DNA of 64,000 bases from Candidatus Melainabacteria bacterium 17Bon1m (GTDB taxonomy: Bacteria; Cyanobacteriota; Vampirovibrionia; Obscuribacterales; Obscuribacteraceae), in NCBI GenBank assembly GCA_032128875.1, contig JAVLKG010000002.1, positions 480,001 to 544,000 on the forward strand, written 5' to 3'. The notes under the pieces are model-generated. The model searched no databases, was not told the DNA's origin, and saw nothing but the letters and a program-made list of their open reading frames with translations. This document shows, in pieces, positions 10,436-20,604 of the stretch. The position numbers were made by a program, and so were the translations under genes. Within the stretch, counting starts at the first letter, position 1, and every line of letters begins with the position of its first letter.

Positions 10436-11272
10436 TTATGAAGCAACCAGATAGTCCTTGATGTTCGAGCTCTTGAGTAATTCTTGAACAAGTTCTTCAG
10501 GTGAATGACCTTGGTGAACAACACAGCTTCCACCAATTTCACCGACCTTTTCAGTGGCGGCAACGATTGTCGGAGAGCCCTTCAGACCACAACGCTCAAT
10601 ATCGGCACCGACCAAATCGAGATCGATTGTTTTGATGAATTTGCCTAATTCTTCCGGATTGCGCTGCAACTGCTGCACTCTGTAAGTTCCGGCAAAAGAC
10701 TTATATTCGAGCGGATGATAGGAATTCGCAACGGTGACTAGTACCGGCGGGTCGACTACAACCTTCTGGTACCCGCCTTCAATAATGCGTCGTGCATGAA
10801 GTTTTTCATTCTCAATCGAGAAATCTTCACAGTAAGTGACCTGTGGAAGGTTCAATCTTTCCGCCAGCTGCGGTCCGACTTGAGCCGTATCACCGTCAGT
10901 TGTTTGCAAGCCACAGAAAATGAAGTCGAATTTGCCTACATAGTTGATTACTTTGTAAAGCGCATAAGCGGTCGCCAAAGTGTCTGAAGCTGCCAGCCGG
11001 CGGTCTGAAAGGAGAAATCCGCGATCTACGCCGTGTTCCAGAGCTTCCAGGAGGATTTCTACTGCCGGGGGCGGGCCCATAGAAATTGCTGTGACAGTGC
11101 CGCCGTATTTCTTTTTGACATGTAAGGCTGCTTGCAGTGCATATCGATCAAACGGGTTCAGCATTCGTTTGGCGCGCGCCCGGTCAATTGTGCCGTCCGG
11201 GTTGATACCCGCTTTAGAACCCTGGTCGGGCACCTGCTTGACCATCACAAAGATGTTGTACGACCGTGCCAT
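10436..11272 (-). CDS. etfB: Electron transfer flavoprotein beta subunit (EtfB/FixA)
   Basis: VKQVPD, NPFD, SMGPP, SDTLAT, DGDTAQVGPQLAE and GLKGSPT. Confidence 0.96.
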   Translation of the reverse strand: MARSYNIFVMVKQVPDQGSKAGINPDGTIDRARAKRMLNPFDRYALQAALHVKKKYGGTVTAISMGPPPAVEILLEALEHGVDRGFLLSDRRLAASDTLATAYALYKVINYVGKFDFIFCGLQTTDGDTAQVGPQLAERLNLPQVTYCEDFSIENEKLHARRIIEGGYQKVVVDPPVLVTVANSYHPLEYKSFAGTYRVQQLQRNPEELGKFIKTIDLDLVGADIERCGLKGSPTIVAATEKVGEIGGSCVVHQGHSPEELVQELLKSSNIKDYLVAS

Positions 11273-11571
11273 TAACTGCTTGAGCCTCCTCGATTTTTCA
11301 GCTATTTACAACGAGCTGAATCTATATCCGTGTTAGCCAGACTTCTGGGGCGCTAACTCGGTCCGGCTATTTTAGCCGCCAATGACTATTTCAATAGCTT
11401 TTCTAAATAAGGAGCTTAACTGTAATTGTTTTTTCTCTTTTGACACGCGGAATGGCACGAAAATCATTACGAAATCGGGTCGTCGGTGGAAAATTTGCCA
11501 GCCGATATCGGCTCGATATTTCAGTATCATTATGTTCTTTCAAGCAATTCCCAATAAAAGGTGAAAACCAG

Positions 11572-13644
11572 ATGTCTTTTCGCGTTCCCAAAACCTTCAC
11601 CTGGCTTGCTTTTAGCCTTCTTTTGATGACAAGCGGAGGCGCGCCTGCTTTGCCGGCATTGGCCCAAGAAGAAACAAAGCCCGCGCAGGAAGAAGCCAAG
11701 TCCATGCAAGAAGAAGGAAAAGCGACTGGCGATGAAGGCAAAGCCGCGCTGGAAGACAAGACCGCAAAAGACGGCAGCCCCGAGCCGGTAGCCAAAAACG
11801 TCAAGAGTGATGGAAAGGAAGCTTTTGCAAGCTCGCCGGTTAAACAGACAAAGAAAGATAAGAAATCGCCATCCGAGCCCGCCAAAGTTGTGGCGAAAGA
11901 AACAGCCAAAGCGCCTCGCGCAGCGAAGTCTAAAGAAGCCTCCGACAAAGGTGATGCTCGCAAGTATTACCTCACGCTTATAGACAATTACTTCGATGGT
12001 GTTTTCAAACTAGAGCCGCATTATGCAACCGAGCTAGGAATACACGAATACGATTCTTTGCTGCCGGACATGAGTCCGGAAGGAATGAAAAAGCAGAATC
12101 GTTTTTACAGAGACTATCTCAAAAAGTTCGAAGCACTCGACACATCTCCTCTTTCCGAGAAAGATCGACTGGACCTGGCACTTGTTGTCAGTCAGATCAA
12201 AGACAAACTTTTGGAAAACGAAGAGATTGCCAGTTACACACGCAATCCTGCCACTTACAGTGAATTGGCTTGTGCCTCTGTTTTCGCTTTAATGAAACGC
12301 AATTTTGCCGAGCCGGCGGAGCGACTGAAGAGCGTCATTGCCAGAGAAAAAGCGATCCCGGAAATGCTGAAGGTGGGGCGCTCGAACATAAAAGTAGAAG
12401 CTGTGCCGAAAGTTTATGCCGAAATCGATCTCGAACAATTACCTGGCATCATCTCGTTTTTCGAAAAGGATGTGCCGAGTGCGTTTGATTCGGTAAAGAA
12501 TGCGTCTCTCAATCAAGAGTTTGCGGATTCTAATAAGGCTGTAATTGCTGCCCTGAAGGCGCATGAAACATATGTGCGCAAGGAAATACTTCCGAAAGCC
12601 AAGGGGAATTATTCGCTTGGAAGCGAACTTTATAAGAAGAAGCTTCTGTATCAAGAGATGGTGGATGAGCCGATCGACGTCTTGTACCAACGCGGTATGA
12701 CCGAACTGCGCCGTTTGCAAAAGGATTTTGCTCGCACTGCACATGCGCTTGATCCCAATCGCTCAGCGCTGAAAGTCTTCGAAGGCGTTTCTTCCAAACA
12801 TCCTGAGCCAGCCGAGCTAATTGATTCAGTCAAGAAAGTATTGGAAGATTTGCGACGCTTTTGCGTGGAGAAGCCGATTTTGACTATACCTTCAGAGGAT
12901 CGCGCCTCTGTTGCCGAAACACCTCCATTCGCTCGCGCACTTTCTTTTGCTTCAATGGACACGCCTGGTCCATTCGAAAAGAAAGCCAAAGAAGCCTATT
13001 ATTTCGTCACTTTGCCTGAAAAAGATTGGCCGGCCAAACGTGTCGAAGAACACATGCGCAGCTTCAGCTTTCAGGATGTGCTCAATACGAGCGTGCACGA
13101 AGCTTACCCGGGACACTATGTTCAATTTCTCTGGGTCAATACCAACCCTTCGAAAGTTCGTAAATTGAGTGGTTGCGGCTCCAATGTAGAGGGATGGGCG
13201 CACTACTGCGAGCAGATGATGGTTGATGAAGGTCTGGGCTCCGGAGATCTCAAACTGCGATTAGCTCAATTGCACGACGCTCTTCTGCGCTGCTGCCGCT
13301 ATTTAGTGGCGATAAAAATGCACACAGATAAGATGTCGGTGGAGGAAGCCACCGACTTCTTTGTGAGAGAAGGCTTTCAGGAAAGAGCCAATGGTGAGCG
13401 TGAGGCTAAGCGGGGAACAAGTGACCCCACATATCTCGTCTACACCCTGGGTAAACTTCAGATTATTGCTTTGAGAGATGAGTACAAAAAAATGAAAGGA
13501 CAGGAGTACTCTCTGAAAGCATTTCATGACGCCTTTTTATCAACCGGATGTCCGCCCATAAAGCTCGTGAGAGCAGAGCTTTTGAACGATTATTCTGCGT
13601 TTCCTGCCGCAACAAAAAATTCGAAGGCGACTAAAAAGAAATAG
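11572..13644 (+). CDS. Exported DUF885-family protein (putative metallopeptidase)
   Basis: Start moved to MSFRVP (AAAGGTG upstream). Signal peptide, K/A/E-rich linker, ATELGIHEYD, HEAYPGHYVQ, VEGWAHYCE and YTLGKLQI. Confidence 0.88.
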   Translation: MSFRVPKTFTWLAFSLLLMTSGGAPALPALAQEETKPAQEEAKSMQEEGKATGDEGKAALEDKTAKDGSPEPVAKNVKSDGKEAFASSPVKQTKKDKKSPSEPAKVVAKETAKAPRAAKSKEASDKGDARKYYLTLIDNYFDGVFKLEPHYATELGIHEYDSLLPDMSPEGMKKQNRFYRDYLKKFEALDTSPLSEKDRLDLALVVSQIKDKLLENEEIASYTRNPATYSELACASVFALMKRNFAEPAERLKSVIAREKAIPEMLKVGRSNIKVEAVPKVYAEIDLEQLPGIISFFEKDVPSAFDSVKNASLNQEFADSNKAVIAALKAHETYVRKEILPKAKGNYSLGSELYKKKLLYQEMVDEPIDVLYQRGMTELRRLQKDFARTAHALDPNRSALKVFEGVSSKHPEPAELIDSVKKVLEDLRRFCVEKPILTIPSEDRASVAETPPFARALSFASMDTPGPFEKKAKEAYYFVTLPEKDWPAKRVEEHMRSFSFQDVLNTSVHEAYPGHYVQFLWVNTNPSKVRKLSGCGSNVEGWAHYCEQMMVDEGLGSGDLKLRLAQLHDALLRCCRYLVAIKMHTDKMSVEEATDFFVREGFQERANGEREAKRGTSDPTYLVYTLGKLQIIALRDEYKKMKGQEYSLKAFHDAFLSTGCPPIKLVRAELLNDYSAFPAATKNSKATKKK

Positions 13645-13745
13645 GCAGATGTTGCATTTTCTCTTGCAATGAAAGGACTCAAATTGCTGGAAGACATAAG
13701 AATAGCTGGGTCTCACACAAAGAACGCGCGGAGGGCGCACCAATA

Positions 13746-14285
13746 ATGAAGAATGAAATCAAGAGTTCGAATGTGAGAACCAGATTTGCAAATATTTTTG
13801 CACTGGCGACTGTTGCTATTACCGGGCTGAACCTATTTGGGGTGGCGCCGCAAGCTCAGGCTCAAGGCAATGCGCCAGGTGCTAGTGCCGACAAGAAGTT
13901 GATTGCGGTCAATGACTTGATGTGGAGCACTAGTTTGGCTACCAGCCTTGCTCAAGGAAAGCTAAAGAGGAAGTACGTTCTGGCCGACATCTACACGGAT
14001 TGGTGCGGTTGGTGCAAGCGCTTGGATCGCGACACTTTCTCCAATCCACAGATGATGTCTTATTTGAATACGAAATGGGTTTGCGCCAAAATCAACGCCG
14101 AAGGCTCGGCAGAAGGCAAAGAAGTGGCCAGCAAATATAGAGTGAGCGGATTCCCGTGTGCTCTTGTATTTGACCCGTCGGGCAAATTCATTGGCAAGCT
14201 CAGTGGTTATTTCAAACCCGATGACTATCAGAAAGCACTCGAAGACTTGATCAAAAACCCGCCGTCCGACCCTTACGCGGAATAA
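13746..14285 (+). CDS. Exported thioredoxin-fold protein (Thioredoxin_2/7-like)
   Basis: Signal peptide, YTDWCGWCKRLD active site and cis-Pro motif GFP. Confidence 0.88.
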   Translation: MKNEIKSSNVRTRFANIFALATVAITGLNLFGVAPQAQAQGNAPGASADKKLIAVNDLMWSTSLATSLAQGKLKRKYVLADIYTDWCGWCKRLDRDTFSNPQMMSYLNTKWVCAKINAEGSAEGKEVASKYRVSGFPCALVFDPSGKFIGKLSGYFKPDDYQKALEDLIKNPPSDPYAE

Positions 14286-14319
14286 GTCGAGGCAATACGA
14301 CTCTCGGGCTATGAACCTT

Positions 14320-14346
14320 TGTACTGGCTGAACTGGCTGTACTGGC
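14320..14346. repeat. 3 x 9-bp tandem repeat TGWACTGGC
   Basis: tgtactggc tgaactggc tgtactggc in the intergenic region before fabI. Confidence 0.6.
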
Positions 14347-14397
14347 GAGTAACCCTGGCGCAAGCCGCAATTGAACCTTAGCTAATGTTAACGGGCT

Positions 14398-14438
14398 TGC
14401 CAGTCAATCCTGACCTTGACTGGCAGGTGTGGCATAAT
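14398..14438 (+). promoter_or_regulatory. Putative fabI promoter with inverted repeat
   Basis: TGCCAGTCAA-N8-TTGACTGGCA inverted repeat around a CTGACC(-35)-17 nt-CATAAT(-10, preceded by TG) arrangement. Confidence 0.4.
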
Positions 14439-14528
14439 CTTTGGTCAGTTCAAGGGCGTGCTTTGAGGCATCGTCCCTTCGTGCCAAACAATGTGGCACC
14501 ACAATTTTGATTTTCAGGAGAACTACCC

Positions 14529-15338
14529 ATGTCTCAGGCTACGGAAAGCAAAGAGCTTACACGCAATGAAAACGGTATGCTCAAAGGCAAGAAAGGCATC
14601 ATTTTTGGTGTGGCAAACGACCACAGTTTGGCATGGGCGTGTGCAAAAGCGCTCTACAGTGAAGGTGCGGAACTGGCATTTACCTACCAAGCCGAAGCAC
14701 TCGAGCGTCGTATCAAACCGCTAGCAGAAAGCGTCGGCAGCAAATTCGTCGACATGTGCGATCTGGGCAAAGACGAAGACATCAAGGCTACTTTTGAAAA
14801 ACTAGGCAAGCACTGGGACAAAATCGATTTTGTTGTTCATGCTGTTGCCTTTGCTAACAAAAAGGACTTAGAAGGACACTTCGTCGACACTACGCGTGAG
14901 GGGTTTGCGCTGGCGCTTGATGTGAGCGCTTATACCCTGACTGCAGTCACTCGTGCGGCATTGCCAATGATGACTGACGGCGGCAGCGTCGTGACGCTCA
15001 CATATTATGGTGCAGAAAAGGTTGTTCAAAATTACAACGTAATGGGTGTTGCTAAAGCCGCATTGGAAGCTAGCGTTAGATATCTGGCCGCCGACTTGGG
15101 CGAAAAGAACATTCGTGTTAATTCGATTTCTGCCGGTCCGGTAAGAACACTTGCCGCCATGGGCATCGCTGGTTTCAGAGATATGCTCAAATTCGTTGAA
15201 CAACGCGCACCACTCAAACGCAATGTTCAAGCTGAGGAAGTCGGCAAGACTGCTCTCTACCTCACCAGCGACCTGGCATCTGGCGTCACCGGTGAGTGCA
15301 TTCACGTCGATTGCGGATACAGCATCATCGCTCTGTAA
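14529..15338 (+). CDS. fabI: Enoyl-ACP reductase FabI
   Basis: GVANDHSLAW, VHAVAFA, LTYYGAEKVVQNYNVMGVAKAALEASVRYLA and ISAGPVRTLAA. Confidence 0.97.
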   Translation: MSQATESKELTRNENGMLKGKKGIIFGVANDHSLAWACAKALYSEGAELAFTYQAEALERRIKPLAESVGSKFVDMCDLGKDEDIKATFEKLGKHWDKIDFVVHAVAFANKKDLEGHFVDTTREGFALALDVSAYTLTAVTRAALPMMTDGGSVVTLTYYGAEKVVQNYNVMGVAKAALEASVRYLAADLGEKNIRVNSISAGPVRTLAAMGIAGFRDMLKFVEQRAPLKRNVQAEEVGKTALYLTSDLASGVTGECIHVDCGYSIIAL

Positions 15339-15352
15339 TTCCCGGAGGGTTG

Positions 15353-17161
15353 ATGTCGAAGGATAAGATAGTACTTGTCCTTCTGCTAATTATTGCCGCC
15401 GCATCCTTTTGCGGCGGCATATTTCTTCTGGAGAAAGTAGAGAAGGACGGCTGGTTTCAAGGTCAATCCACCTGGCTTTTCCTGAACAAGAAATTTCGCG
15501 TGCTTCTTTCGGAAAACGAAAAGAAGGGCGATCAATCATCCTCGGACGCGCAAGCTATGCGCGCTCGATTGCTGCACAATGTCGGCATCACGTGCGGATA
15601 CACCGATCAATGGTCCGATGCGCTCAAGCTCTTGAATCAATCTCTCGATTTCAAAATGAAGAGCAAATCGGTCAATCCTGATTCACTCATTCAGTCGATC
15701 GAGTCGCTAGGAAAAGCATATTTTCTCACTGGCAATTACGACAATGCTAAAACAGCACTTGATTTTGCTGCGCGCGATTGGGTTCGCGAAAATGGTGAAG
15801 ACTGCAAGCCGTACGCTCGATGCCTGAGTTTCACCGGACGCGTGCATTTAGCGATGGGAGATCACAAGTCGGCAGAAAATTGCTTTGAGAAAGCGCGCCT
15901 CATCTTCAAAAAAGAAGATGATCGCAGCTCCACTGTGCGTGTGTTGTTGCTTCTGGCGGAAAGTGCGATCGCTCGCGGTGATTACAAGCGCGCAGAAAGA
16001 TGCATCAATGATTCGATTCCGCTTTTAATGATTGATTTTGGTGATGGCTATAGTTCTTACTTCAATGACGAAGTTGCGCTCTTGAAGCTGCTGCAAGGAC
16101 AGTTGCGTATAAAAACATCCGACGCCCTTGATACATCACAACTAAGTGAAGCGATCAGGCTCATTGAAGAAGCGCTTAGCGAGGCAGAAGTTTCATTCGG
16201 TAATGATGATGTTTATACGCAGAAATTTCGCCTGGCGTTGGCTGATGCCTATCTAAGCCAGGGTGATAAGAAAGGTTGCCTTGAGCAAGTTCAGAAAATT
16301 GAGGCGAGTTTTGAAAAAATAGGCTTGCCTAAACATCCTTTCCTCAAGAGTGTGTATGAGACTCACATAAAGGCTCTGGGAAGCGATGCTAAAAGTCTGA
16401 GTGATGATCTTTCTCGACGGCTGAGCGGCGTGAGGTATGTATCAACAGAAGAGGCTAAGAAAGCAGCAGACGCGCTCGGGGCCAGATTGAATCCGTCACC
16501 TAAATTTCTTTCCGGGCGCAACTATTCTGATTCGTGGATGCTGCCGCTGACATTCTTGATTGTTGCGTGGGCGTTTTCCGGTATGTTTGCTTGCTCTTTT
16601 GCATGTGCAGCCGTTGCCGCGCGCAAGGATTATGGTGCTTCTCTCTGGTTTATCCTTGGGGCCATCTTCAATTTATTTGCTTACTTAATCATTTCGGCAT
16701 TGCCAACGCGCAATACGATCACTAAAGAACTTGGCTGCGACTTTGCGTTGATAAATGATGCTCGCAACGGTGTTTTCTTGCTTGCTATGACGCCGCTATT
16801 TACTATCCTTGGAGCTTCAATTTTTTACTATCCGGCTCCGATTCGGGACATTTTTGTTGCCGTGTTCTTAGCTTTTGTCGTGTGTCTTGCGCTGTTTCCT
16901 GCGATCTGGTGCTTTGCTGTTGCGAAAAGCAAAGGACGCAAGCCGTGGCTGTGGGCGCTAATAGGTACATTGAGCGGAATTTTTGGATTGGTTTCTTTGT
17001 TGTTGTTGAAACCAGGCGATGATGTTGTAGTTGACGAAGAAGAGATCACCAACACTCAGTCAGAGATTGTGATGTTGTTTGTGTCTGCAGTCCACCTTGG
17101 ACTTTTTCTCTGCATAGTCTTGAACATTTACTATTCCTGGATGCTTCATGTGGAGCTTTAG
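15353..17161 (+). CDS. Membrane protein with TPR domain and multi-pass C-terminal region
   Basis: Start moved to MSKDK (GGAGG RBS). N-terminal TM, kinesin-light-chain-like TPRs, then about 7 TM segments with a duplicated A-x-x-K-(G/D)...LW...G motif. Confidence 0.8.
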   Translation: MSKDKIVLVLLLIIAAASFCGGIFLLEKVEKDGWFQGQSTWLFLNKKFRVLLSENEKKGDQSSSDAQAMRARLLHNVGITCGYTDQWSDALKLLNQSLDFKMKSKSVNPDSLIQSIESLGKAYFLTGNYDNAKTALDFAARDWVRENGEDCKPYARCLSFTGRVHLAMGDHKSAENCFEKARLIFKKEDDRSSTVRVLLLLAESAIARGDYKRAERCINDSIPLLMIDFGDGYSSYFNDEVALLKLLQGQLRIKTSDALDTSQLSEAIRLIEEALSEAEVSFGNDDVYTQKFRLALADAYLSQGDKKGCLEQVQKIEASFEKIGLPKHPFLKSVYETHIKALGSDAKSLSDDLSRRLSGVRYVSTEEAKKAADALGARLNPSPKFLSGRNYSDSWMLPLTFLIVAWAFSGMFACSFACAAVAARKDYGASLWFILGAIFNLFAYLIISALPTRNTITKELGCDFALINDARNGVFLLAMTPLFTILGASIFYYPAPIRDIFVAVFLAFVVCLALFPAIWCFAVAKSKGRKPWLWALIGTLSGIFGLVSLLLLKPGDDVVVDEEEITNTQSEIVMLFVSAVHLGLFLCIVLNIYYSWMLHVEL

Positions 17162-17179
17162 TAGACATTTGCATCTCTC

Positions 17180-17214
17180 GAAAAATAAAAGGACAACACA
17201 GATGTGTTGTCCTT
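17180..17214 (-). terminator. Intrinsic terminator between convergent genes
   Basis: Perfect inverted repeat AAGGACAACACA / TGTGTTGTCCTT (17189-17214) followed on the - strand by TTATTTTT. Confidence 0.7.
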
Positions 17215-17275
17215 GAGAGGGGGTGGAACAGGCGTTGAAACTTTTTAGCGAATCGTAAAAAGGGTTGGCTGCTGT

Positions 17276-17605
17276 TTATTCACATTGTGTGACCGCATAC
17301 ATTGTTTGAAGAGCGCAAGTGGCGCCCCCGCAGCGGCGAATGAAGTCGCGCGCCAGTTCTCTAATAGAATCCATGCTCTTGAAATTTGGCATGAAACCGA
17401 ATTTGATCGATCGAGAATTCGCCAGAATATGTCGGACAAATCGAAGGCCTGGTTCGGTGATATCGATGTTTTCCGGTCCACCACTGCCTTGAACAATGGT
17501 GCGTACAATCGACGCTTCAGCGACGAAAGAAGTAACTAGATCAACAGGAGCCGGAATTACCGGATCAAAGTTGATCTCATCGTTAGAAGTTGCGTCGTTG
17601 TTCAT
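17276..17605 (-). CDS. Hypothetical protein (109 aa)
   Basis: ATG with GGGAGA RBS and a terminator downstream; no recognisable motif. Confidence 0.55.
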   Translation of the reverse strand: MNNDATSNDEINFDPVIPAPVDLVTSFVAEASIVRTIVQGSGGPENIDITEPGLRFVRHILANSRSIKFGFMPNFKSMDSIRELARDFIRRCGGATCALQTMYAVTQCE

Positions 17606-18081
17606 GGAGGTCTCCCGAGTTCAATAATAAAGAAATTGTTGCGGTCACCCTTGTAATCTAATCACCGCCCCCGTGCTTGGCAACTAAACTAACGCTAAGG
17701 GACAATATCTACGGACTATTGAACCTATAGCCACCTCATATGAACTCGCCAAAAAACCGCATGTACTGTCCGTTTTCAACGACTGGAAATGGATGAGGAC
17801 AGGAGGTTTCGATATGTTTAGCCCGTAAATATGCGGATTTTAAGCATCGTGTATGAATCATCGCTCACCTGTCGAACTGGCATCATGTTGTAAGTCCAAA
17901 TCAAGTTCGAGAACGGTGCCAGTTGGCGCTTTTTCAGCTTGCGGCAAACAGTTCAGCAAGCCCAAGCGAAACTGCTTTCCCGTACCGTCTAAGCGTTCAA
18001 TCTGACATAATTACTGCTGCTGTACTCGCAGTGGCTGGGCGTTTTGCCTGCTATTGCTTCTTTACTGCCAGAGGACAACTG

Positions 18082-19278
18082 ATGCTTACGAGCCCTGAAA
18101 CCCAACAGACTAAGGAGACCGCAAAGACTTCGATGAAATGCCTTATAAAGGAAGACTTGAATAAAGACGGTCTCACATTGAAGAGTGACATGCCGTCACC
18201 AAAGCTTGGTCTCGATGAAGTGAAGATCAAGGTTCTTGCTACATCTGTATGCGGGACTGACAAGAGCATCTACCATTCGGCGCAAAGCGAAGGCATTCGC
18301 AATGAGATGCAGCGATATTTGGAAGGCAAATACGATCCGATTATCGTTGGTCATGAATTTTGCGGTGTTGTTGAGGAAGTCGGCGAAGCAGCAAAAAACA
18401 GCGGTTTACATGTCCCTGATCATTTGAAAATCGAGAAGGGCGATTATGTAACTGCTGAAATGCACCTGTCCTGTGGTCACTGCTTCTTGTGCAGAACAGG
18501 AAACGAACATATTTGTACGCAAGTAAAAGTCAAAGGGGTGCACTTAGATGGATGCTTCGCTCAGCATGTCGTAGTGCCCTACAAAAATGTCATCCTTCTA
18601 AATAAGGGTGGTGACACTTCTCAAATTCCTCCCACCATTGGAGCGATGCTCGATGCATTCGGCAATGCTGTCCACACTGTCTATGAAGCGGACGTGAGGG
18701 GCAAATCGGTGGCTATTTTGGGTGCCGGACCGTTGGGTTTGATGGCTGCATTCCTTTGCCACGATTTTGGCGCTTCGCGGATCTATATAACAGAAGCGAT
18801 GGATACAGAGCACAGGTTCAAACTGGCTGAATCATTTGGTGCCGATGCCTGCTTTGACGTCTCTAAGGGGTCTAAAGACTTATACGAGTCAGTCAGAAAG
18901 CATGAAACCGGCTCCAATGGCGTCGACGTGGTACTGGAAATGTCCGGCTCCCCAGCCGCCTACAATGATGCTTTTCAGATTGTTCGCAATGGGGGCACAG
19001 TCCTCCTTCTCGGAATTACGCGCAAGCCTTTGAACGATTTCGATATTGCCAATGGAGTTATATGGAAGGGCGTCACGGTAAAGGGCATATTCGGAAGAAA
19101 AATGTTTGACACCTGGGAGACAATGCTCAGACTGATGAAGTCGGAGCGGTTGGACTTGAAGAGCAAGCTGGCTCGCATTCTCTTCGAGCGCACATACGCG
19201 TTGGATGATTACCGGTCTGCATTCGATTTGCTCTCAAAAGGCGAGGCAATGAAGCTCGTATTCACTCCTGAAAAGTAA
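18082..19278 (+). CDS. tdh: L-threonine 3-dehydrogenase (Zn-dependent MDR)
   Basis: Start moved to MLTSPE (GAGGA RBS). CGTD, GHEFCG, CGHCFLCRTGNEHIC, GNAVHT, GAGPLG and KGIFGRKMFDTW; adjacent to kbl. Confidence 0.9.
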   Translation: MLTSPETQQTKETAKTSMKCLIKEDLNKDGLTLKSDMPSPKLGLDEVKIKVLATSVCGTDKSIYHSAQSEGIRNEMQRYLEGKYDPIIVGHEFCGVVEEVGEAAKNSGLHVPDHLKIEKGDYVTAEMHLSCGHCFLCRTGNEHICTQVKVKGVHLDGCFAQHVVVPYKNVILLNKGGDTSQIPPTIGAMLDAFGNAVHTVYEADVRGKSVAILGAGPLGLMAAFLCHDFGASRIYITEAMDTEHRFKLAESFGADACFDVSKGSKDLYESVRKHETGSNGVDVVLEMSGSPAAYNDAFQIVRNGGTVLLLGITRKPLNDFDIANGVIWKGVTVKGIFGRKMFDTWETMLRLMKSERLDLKSKLARILFERTYALDDYRSAFDLLSKGEAMKLVFTPEK

Positions 19279-19324
19279 TCACGGAAATTTCGTTGGGCAC
19301 TAGTTTCTTTGAAGGAACGTTGAA

Positions 19325-20590
19325 ATGGCTAAAGAGAATGTAGCGGTGAAGCAAAAGTTCGGCGTTGAAAAACTCTATTCGGTTCTTGGACAAGAGCTTG
19401 AGAAAGCGCATGAAAACAAGACCTTCAAGTATGAAGTACCTATCGAGGGAAAACAGTCCGGTGTTGTGAAAGTCGATGGCAAAGAGTGCGTAATGCTTGC
19501 CTCGAATAATTACCTGGGATTAGCTAATCATCCTCGTATTTTAGAAGCAGCAAAAAAGGGATTGGAAGAGCATGGATTCGGAATGGCGTCTGTGCGATTC
19601 ATTTGCGGAGCGCAAAAAATCCATTTTGAATTAGAAGAGCGAATTGCCCAATTCCTCGGTTGCGAAGCTGCGATCTTGCATTCTTCTTGTTTTGCTGCCA
19701 ATGAGGCGTTCTTTACCGGGCTAATGTCGAATGACTATGGTCAGAAAGACTATCGCGACATTATCTATAGCGATCAGCTTAATCATGCTTCGATTATCGA
19801 CGGAATCAGATTGTGCAGAATCGCGACGAAAACCACCGATTTAAAAGCATACAAACACAATGATATTTCTCAGCTGAAGCACTTCCTCGGCGAACCTGAT
19901 GCGGACCAGTACCGCATTGGAGTTATTGTCACGGACGGCGTATTCAGTATGGAAGGCGAATATGCACCACTTAAAGAGTTTGTTGATTTGGCGAAGAAAA
20001 ACGACGTTCTTCTGTTTGTAGACGAATCACATTCAACAGGTGTGCTTGGAAAAACTGGGCGTGGAACTCCTGAAGAATGCGGAGTCCATGGCAAAATCGA
20101 TATTATCTCCGGCACGCTTGGAAAAGCATTGGGTGGCGCTGCCGGCGGTTTCCTCACTGGCAAGAAAGAACTGATTGAATATTTGCGCCAGAAATCTAGA
20201 CCTTACACATTTTCCAACACTCTTCCACCGCCGGTGGTGACAGCTGCAATCGAAGCGTTCAAAATGCTGGAAGAAGATTCTTCGTTGGTCGTGAAACTCC
20301 GTGAAAATACGGAGTACTTTCGCAAAGAAATTGTGCGAGCTGGTTTTACCATCTTGGAGGGCATTCATGCAATTGTGCCCGTGATGGTCGGCGAGGCTGC
20401 TATTGCCCAGGATATGAGCGCTGAACTTTTGAAGGAGGGCGTGTATGTTCGTGGTCTCTGGTATCCAGTCGTTCCACAAGGTGAAGCACGTCTGCGCGTC
20501 CAGATTTCTGCTTCTCACGAGCGCAAAGATTTAGATCGTGCACTTGCAGCTTTCGAGAAAGTCGGCAAAAAGCTCGGTGTCTTGAAATAG
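19325..20590 (+). CDS. kbl: Glycine C-acetyltransferase (2-amino-3-ketobutyrate CoA ligase)
   Basis: [45 protein letters not shown] (PLP Lys) and [11 protein letters not shown]. Confidence 0.95.
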   Translation: MAKENVAVKQKFGVEKLYSVLGQELEKAHENKTFKYEVPIEGKQSGVVKVDGKECVMLASNNYLGLANHPRILEAAKKGLEEHGFGMASVRFICGAQKIHFELEERIAQFLGCEAAILHSSCFAANEAFFTGLMSNDYGQKDYRDIIYSDQLNHASIIDGIRLCRIATKTTDLKAYKHNDISQLKHFLGEPDADQYRIGVIVTDGVFSMEGEYAPLKEFVDLAKKNDVLLFVDESHSTGVLGKTGRGTPEECGVHGKIDIISGTLGKALGGAAGGFLTGKKELIEYLRQKSRPYTFSNTLPPPVVTAAIEAFKMLEEDSSLVVKLRENTEYFRKEIVRAGFTILEGIHAIVPVMVGEAAIAQDMSAELLKEGVYVRGLWYPVVPQGEARLRVQISASHERKDLDRALAAFEKVGKKLGVLK

Positions 20591-20604
20591 CAGCGTATTA
20601 AACT

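Noticed and set aside
7546-11272. Nitrogen fixation (fix) locus
   Set aside because: FixABCX-like genes alone do not imply diazotrophy, and no nif genes are in the window.
11440-11571. N-terminal extensions in the ORF track (also 15296, 17923, 28804, 40008, 43804, 55348, 56576)
   Set aside because: Longest-ORF artefacts; downstream starts have better RBS, operon overlaps or family-typical N-termini.
17606-18081. Riboswitch or ncRNA upstream of tdh-kbl
   Set aside because: Some short complementary segments (CCGCAT/ATGCGG, CTGTCC/GGACAG) but no recognisable glycine or other riboswitch consensus; an Rfam/Infernal scan would be needed.
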